Source: Phycisphaerae bacterium (GTDB taxonomy: Bacteria > Planctomycetota > Phycisphaerae > UBA1845). Taken from it: DNA of 64,000 nucleotides. The number at the start of each line of letters is the position of its first letter. The stretch's first letter is position 1. The stretch lies in assembly GCA_963666835.2 (NCBI GenBank), contig CAXXGO010000006.1, positions 544,001 to 608,000 on the forward strand, in the 5' to 3' direction. Of the stretch, positions 59,762-64,000 are shown piece after piece. The notes under the pieces are model-generated. The model ran no database searches. It saw nothing but the letters and a program-made list of their open reading frames with translations, and was not told the DNA's origin. The position numbers and the translations under genes are program-made.

Positions 59762-62700
59762 ATGGTGCAGTGGGTAGCTTGGGTTGTCATCGGGCTGGCG
59801 ACCGCGGCGTCGGTGACGGGCGCGGATCCGGAATCCGTGGCCGAGGTCACTACAAGGAGCCCGGACGCGCTAGTCACGGCGAAAGCTGAGTTGCGCGGTA
59901 TTGAACGAACCGGCAGGGTTCGGCAGGATCCGCGGGACATTCCCCGTTTGAAGTGGACTTCGCCGCATGGCGAGCTACCCGGTACGTACGCTGAGTATCT
60001 GCGCCGCCATCCACTCGAGACGGCACGCTACTTACCCGAGCGGACAATGCCGGCCGCACCACCGGCACGGGGAGTCGAGCCCGTAATCCTCTCTATCCTT
60101 GTCGACGCCGATCTGCAACCACTGATCTCCGTTGCGCTGGACGAATACGTTGCGGACCTCTCGGCCGAGGGATATACGGTCCGGGTCGGAAGCGTCTCCG
60201 GCGGCACGCCGGCGGAGATCAAGGGGTGGGTGGCGGGGCAACACGCCACCGGAAGCGACGGAGTGATCTTCATCGGAGATATCACGGCCGCCTGGGCGGA
60301 GGTCTCGGAATCGGTCTTTCCCAGCGATCTGTTCTATATGGATCTTGACGGGCTGTGGGCGGACGAGGACGGGGATGGGGACTTCGAAGTCCATGAGGCC
60401 GGGGCGGGGGACGAGGGCCCGGAGATCTACGTGGCCCGCATGTACGCCCACACTCTCGATTACGACACCGAAGCCAACATGGTCAGCGCGTATCTGGCCA
60501 AGGCCCACGCCTATCGCACCGGTACTCTGACCCAGCCTTGGCGAGGTTTGGAGTATGTCGACGAAGACTGGTACTCCATGTCGGTCGATTTGGAACAGGT
60601 CTACGGCGGTGATGTCGCCCGGTACGATCTCGGGTTCTCCACCACGGCCGCGGATTACCTGGAGAAGATGGATATTGGACAGCATTTCGTCCAGGTGTGT
60701 GCCCACAGCTACTCGGGCGGTCATCACTTCGGCCAACGTCCGACCGAGGCGGCGGCCTATGCCCATGTGTATGTCCACAGCCCGACTGCTCGGGCGGCTA
60801 AGCTGCTGGTCGGCAGCGACGATGGTATCAAGGTCTGGCTGAACGGCGCAAACGTCCTGACCGAGGACGTGTATCAGGGTTGGATAGCGGATCAATTCGA
60901 TGTCGACGTGACGCTTGATGAGGGCTGGAATAGCCTGTTGTGCAAGGTCAGCCAAGCCGGGGGCAGTTACGGGTTCTCGGCCCGGGTGACGGATCCGGCG
61001 TACTCATCGTTTAGCGATCTTACCTATCAAGTGAATGATCCGACGGTCTTCGTATCGCAGGAACAGTTCATTCGCGGTTGGCTGCTCAATGGGTTTCACG
61101 AGGACATCTCGGACAACTTCTGGAGTTATCTGACCACGAACTACCTGGGGACGGATGAGGACAGAATCAACCCAACGGCCGGTGATGTAATGGGCGGTCA
61201 GACTTGGACCCTCTACACGACGGACAGCGGCTATGTCAATATGGATCCCGGCGATGAGCTGAGTTTCGGTGCTTCTTACGCGTTCACCAGAGTGTACGCG
61301 GTGGAGGCCACGAGTTGTCAGCTCTGGCTTGGTTACGACGAAGGCGCCCGGGTGTGGCTGAATGGGGCGGTCGTGCTTACGGACAATCGCTACGGTGATT
61401 TCGAATTGGACCTGGCCAAGATCGATGTGAATCTGACTGCCGGAGAGAACCGGCTGCTCATCAAAGTGTCGGAGTGGGTGGGCCCGCACGGTCTGGCTGC
61501 CCAGTTCCGCCAGGCGGACGGCGGGGCGGTCGCCGGCCTGACGTACGATCCGGACCCGCCGCCGATAAGTTTCATTGCAGACTGGCTCATCAACGGGCCC
61601 TACGGGAATGTCGACGACGCCACCCGGCTGAGCCAGGACTACCTCGGCGATGAAGCGACCGTGACACCCAGCGAGGGCGATCCCGCGGCGTTCGAAGTGT
61701 GGAACCGCCTCTTCGCCACCGGCGCCCCGGTCGACCTGGTTGCCCCTCTGGAACGCGACGGCGGGTGGGTAACCTCGGCCGACATCCAACAACAGGATCC
61801 GCCGGTGCTCTTCTACAATCTGTTCGCGTGCGGGCCCGGCCGGTTTACCGACGACAATTACTTAGCCGGGTCGTATATCTTCAACACGACATACGGTCTG
61901 ATTACGATTGCGTCATCCAAGAGCGGCAGCATGCTCAACTTCGCAGACTTCACCGCTCCGCTTGGTGAAGGCAAAACAATCGGCACAGCCTTTCTCGAGT
62001 GGTTTGACGCCCAAGCCCCGTTCGACCTGTGGGAACGTGAGTGGTACTACGGCATGGTCCTCAACGGCGACCCGACGCTTCGTCCGGTCAAGGCCGGTGA
62101 CCTCGATCGCGACGGCGACGTTGACGCGGACGACTTCGATTCGTTCGTAATGTGCTTCACCGGTACGGGCGGCGGACCGATCGCTCCCGAATGTGCCCCG
62201 GGTGATTCCGATTCCGACGGCGACGTCGATTGTGATGACTGGACCCAGTTTGAGCTATCCTGGACTGAGGCCGGTGCCCCGCCGACACTGGCGGTGTGCG
62301 ACGTTGCCGCTCCGCTTCCGGCCCCGGCACCTCACGACGGTCCTAAGAACCGCTACGTGTCCTTCGCTCCCGCCGCCGGCGAGAATCTCGCGTTCCGCGT
62401 GGAGCTGACGCAGTCGGCGCTGTTTCCCGATTCGACCGGTCCGGTCGGCTGGGTCGGTGCTCCGGATGCCGAAGGGTTGGCACTATTGATTAGTGAGCCG
62501 TATTACACCGACTCCTGGCCTGCGGTAGTGCATGCCGGGGGCTGTGCGGTGACGCCGGCGGCGACGTATCGGATTCGGGCAACGGACGGAGTGGGTGAAT
62601 CCGACCCGCTGGATGTGGCAACGGCCGCAGCCCCGACGCCGAAACACTGGGCTGACTGCGTAGGCGAGTTCGTCGGCTCCTGGGGCCCGCCGAACGGGTT

Positions 62701-62890
62701 AGTTAACGTAAACGATCTAATGGCCGCGATTCAGAAGTTCCAGGCCCTTCCCACCGCCCCGCATTCATCCTGGGTCGACGTAGACGGCGAGACGCCGAAT
62801 CAAGTCGTCAATATGACCGACGTCCAACAGATTCTGAACGGGTACAAAGGCAGTCCGTATCCGTTCAGCGCCCCGGCCGACTGCCCGTAG
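59762..62890 (+). CDS. Secreted C25-like peptidase with inserted PA14-like modules, dockerin-like pair and shared C-terminal domain
   Basis: RBS AAGGAG, GVIFIGD, SDLFYMDLDG, PEIYVARM, CAHS, LFACG, LNGDPTL; GSDDGIKVWLNG modules; GDLDRDGDVD/GDSDSDGDVD; ends YPFSAPADCP*. Confidence 0.8.
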   Translation: MVQWVAWVVIGLATAASVTGADPESVAEVTTRSPDALVTAKAELRGIERTGRVRQDPRDIPRLKWTSPHGELPGTYAEYLRRHPLETARYLPERTMPAAPPARGVEPVILSILVDADLQPLISVALDEYVADLSAEGYTVRVGSVSGGTPAEIKGWVAGQHATGSDGVIFIGDITAAWAEVSESVFPSDLFYMDLDGLWADEDGDGDFEVHEAGAGDEGPEIYVARMYAHTLDYDTEANMVSAYLAKAHAYRTGTLTQPWRGLEYVDEDWYSMSVDLEQVYGGDVARYDLGFSTTAADYLEKMDIGQHFVQVCAHSYSGGHHFGQRPTEAAAYAHVYVHSPTARAAKLLVGSDDGIKVWLNGANVLTEDVYQGWIADQFDVDVTLDEGWNSLLCKVSQAGGSYGFSARVTDPAYSSFSDLTYQVNDPTVFVSQEQFIRGWLLNGFHEDISDNFWSYLTTNYLGTDEDRINPTAGDVMGGQTWTLYTTDSGYVNMDPGDELSFGASYAFTRVYAVEATSCQLWLGYDEGARVWLNGAVVLTDNRYGDFELDLAKIDVNLTAGENRLLIKVSEWVGPHGLAAQFRQADGGAVAGLTYDPDPPPISFIADWLINGPYGNVDDATRLSQDYLGDEATVTPSEGDPAAFEVWNRLFATGAPVDLVAPLERDGGWVTSADIQQQDPPVLFYNLFACGPGRFTDDNYLAGSYIFNTTYGLITIASSKSGSMLNFADFTAPLGEGKTIGTAFLEWFDAQAPFDLWEREWYYGMVLNGDPTLRPVKAGDLDRDGDVDADDFDSFVMCFTGTGGGPIAPECAPGDSDSDGDVDCDDWTQFELSWTEAGAPPTLAVCDVAAPLPAPAPHDGPKNRYVSFAPAAGENLAFRVELTQSALFPDSTGPVGWVGAPDAEGLALLISEPYYTDSWPAVVHAGGCAVTPAATYRIRATDGVGESDPLDVATAAAPTPKHWADCVGEFVGSWGPPNGLVNVNDLMAAIQKFQALPTAPHSSWVDVDGETPNQVVNMTDVQQILNGYKGSPYPFSAPADCP

Positions 62891-63031
62891 CCGCTTCGAA
62901 GGGCACGGTCGCCCCATATAGCACAGGCGTCCGCACTATGTGACGCAGGCATCCGCAGTATGTAACGCAGGCATCCTGCCTGCAATATGACAGATAACGC
63001 TCGCAGCGCAGGTAGGGCAGCGTTGGCGGGC

Positions 63032-63205
63032 GTAGGGCACGGTCGAGGCACGAGACCTGCCACGATGGCCGGCACTTCACGGATTAATCGCTCGCCCTCG
63101 GCATGGACGGGTGGCCCATCGCTTTAGCGGTGGGGGACTCGATCCGCTACAAAGGCCTGCGTCACGCGAAGATCACGGCAGGTCTCGTTCCTCGACCTGC
63201 CCTAC
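63032..63205. repeat. GTAG-type REP doublet (inverted pair)
   Basis: GTAGGGCACGGTCGAGGCACGAGACCTGCC (63032-63061) and GGCAGGTCTCGTTCCTCGACCTGCCCTAC (63177-63205). Confidence 0.78.
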
Positions 63206-63282
63206 AAGCCGGGTGTGACCCGGTCAAACCTTCTCTCTCCATGGCCACGCAAGCGTGGACCATGACCTCCGGCACCTCCTCC

Positions 63283-63867
63283 CTAATCCTCAGCATGGCT
63301 TCCCCCCTTACCAAGGGGGGATTGAGGGGGGTCTTGTTGAGAAGGGGGGCTCCGATAGAGCTGATTCGCGGTCCCATCACGGTATGATTGACGCTTCGGA
63401 CTTTCCGGAACGGCTCCGAGGCCATCTACGCTTGTCACGACGCCGTTTCCGCATTTCGGGCATCGTCCGCTCGTGTTTCCGGTCAGATCGTATCCGCATT
63501 CTCTGCAATGACCGGGCAGGACGCGACCGTAGTAGCGCCGAACGAGCATGGCACCCGCCGCCCCAGCCACGACCAGCGGCCAAAGAGGCAACAACACCAT
63601 AAACCCATTGCTGGCGTTCCGACCTATGTACGGCAGTAGCAGGTAGTCACTCTCCGCCGGCTTCACCACGGACCCAGGAGGCCAATGAGACGGAAAGGGG
63701 GCGAGGTGCAAACCTAGGCCGCCGCCAGCCACCATGAACCCGCCTTGTGCGCCGAAGTAACCAACCTCGTAGACAAGACCGGCCAAAAGCGGCACGAGAG
63801 CGAGGAGACATACCACCAGTCCGGCAGCGATGAGACGTTGGCGTCTTGCCTGGCGGGTCCTGATCAT
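63283..63867 (-). CDS. Membrane protein with CxxCGYDLTGN...CPKCG zinc ribbon
   Basis: TM segments, LPLW, GHCRECGYDLTGNTSGRCPKCG; paralogous architecture to 23351..23905. Start uncertain; tail runs into a palindromic repeat. Confidence 0.72.
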   Translation of the reverse strand: MIRTRQARRQRLIAAGLVVCLLALVPLLAGLVYEVGYFGAQGGFMVAGGGLGLHLAPFPSHWPPGSVVKPAESDYLLLPYIGRNASNGFMVLLPLWPLVVAGAAGAMLVRRYYGRVLPGHCRECGYDLTGNTSGRCPKCGNGVVTSVDGLGAVPESPKRQSYRDGTANQLYRSPPSQQDPPQSPLGKGGSHAED

Positions 63868-63897
63868 TCCAATATCGATCGCCAACGGAGAAGTCTT

Positions 63898-63984
63898 GTA
63901 GGGCAGGTCGAGGTACGAGACCTGCCGCAGTCTTCGCACGACACGCGCCTTCGTGGCAGGTCTCGTTCCTCGACCGTGCCCTAC
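63898..63984. repeat. GTAG-type REP doublet (inverted pair)
   Basis: GTAGGGCAGGTCGAGGTACGAGACCTGCC (63898-63926) and inverse copy (63955-63984). Confidence 0.78.
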
Positions 63985-64000
63985 GAACCCCGTAACGCGG

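Noticed and set aside
46916..61792. Long minus-strand ORFs opposite the peptidase genes
   Set aside because: Codon-bias shadows with no motifs.
49073..62890. Shared C-termini as T9SS CTD or PEP-CTERM
   Set aside because: Too long, no TM or basic tail, no T9SS-type terminal motif; they end in Ca-loop pairs and CP.

Overview
GC-rich bacterial DNA, most likely a planctomycete of class Phycisphaerae. This is inferred from dockerin-like EF-hand pairs, DCNxNGxPDxCD repeats, CGYDLxG...CPxCG membrane proteins, a D/N-rich lipoprotein and a PEP-CTERM protein. Housekeeping genes are miaB, icd, gltX, folC, aroB and maf. Also present are the end of an EPS locus, signalling genes, a large MscS and an MCP. 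Three things stand out. (1) Six large secreted enzymes: four gingipain/C25-like, one papain-like C1A and one PPAD-type deiminase, five of them in tandem. They share a ~180-aa C-terminal domain with paired dockerin-like Ca-loops and an invariant Cys-Pro-stop, a candidate non-T9SS sorting or docking system. (2) A group II intron has inserted precisely into a 213-bp REP-doublet element. The empty allele lies about 0.7 kb downstream and the putative EBS1 matches the REP end. (3) An island after gltX is built from three 439-bp non-autonomous elements (REP ends plus a RAYT transposase 3' fragment). They are separated by passenger DNA that includes the 5' remnant of a second group II intron. No rRNA, tRNA or CRISPR array was recognised. 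All calls come from reading motifs by eye; no database searches were run.
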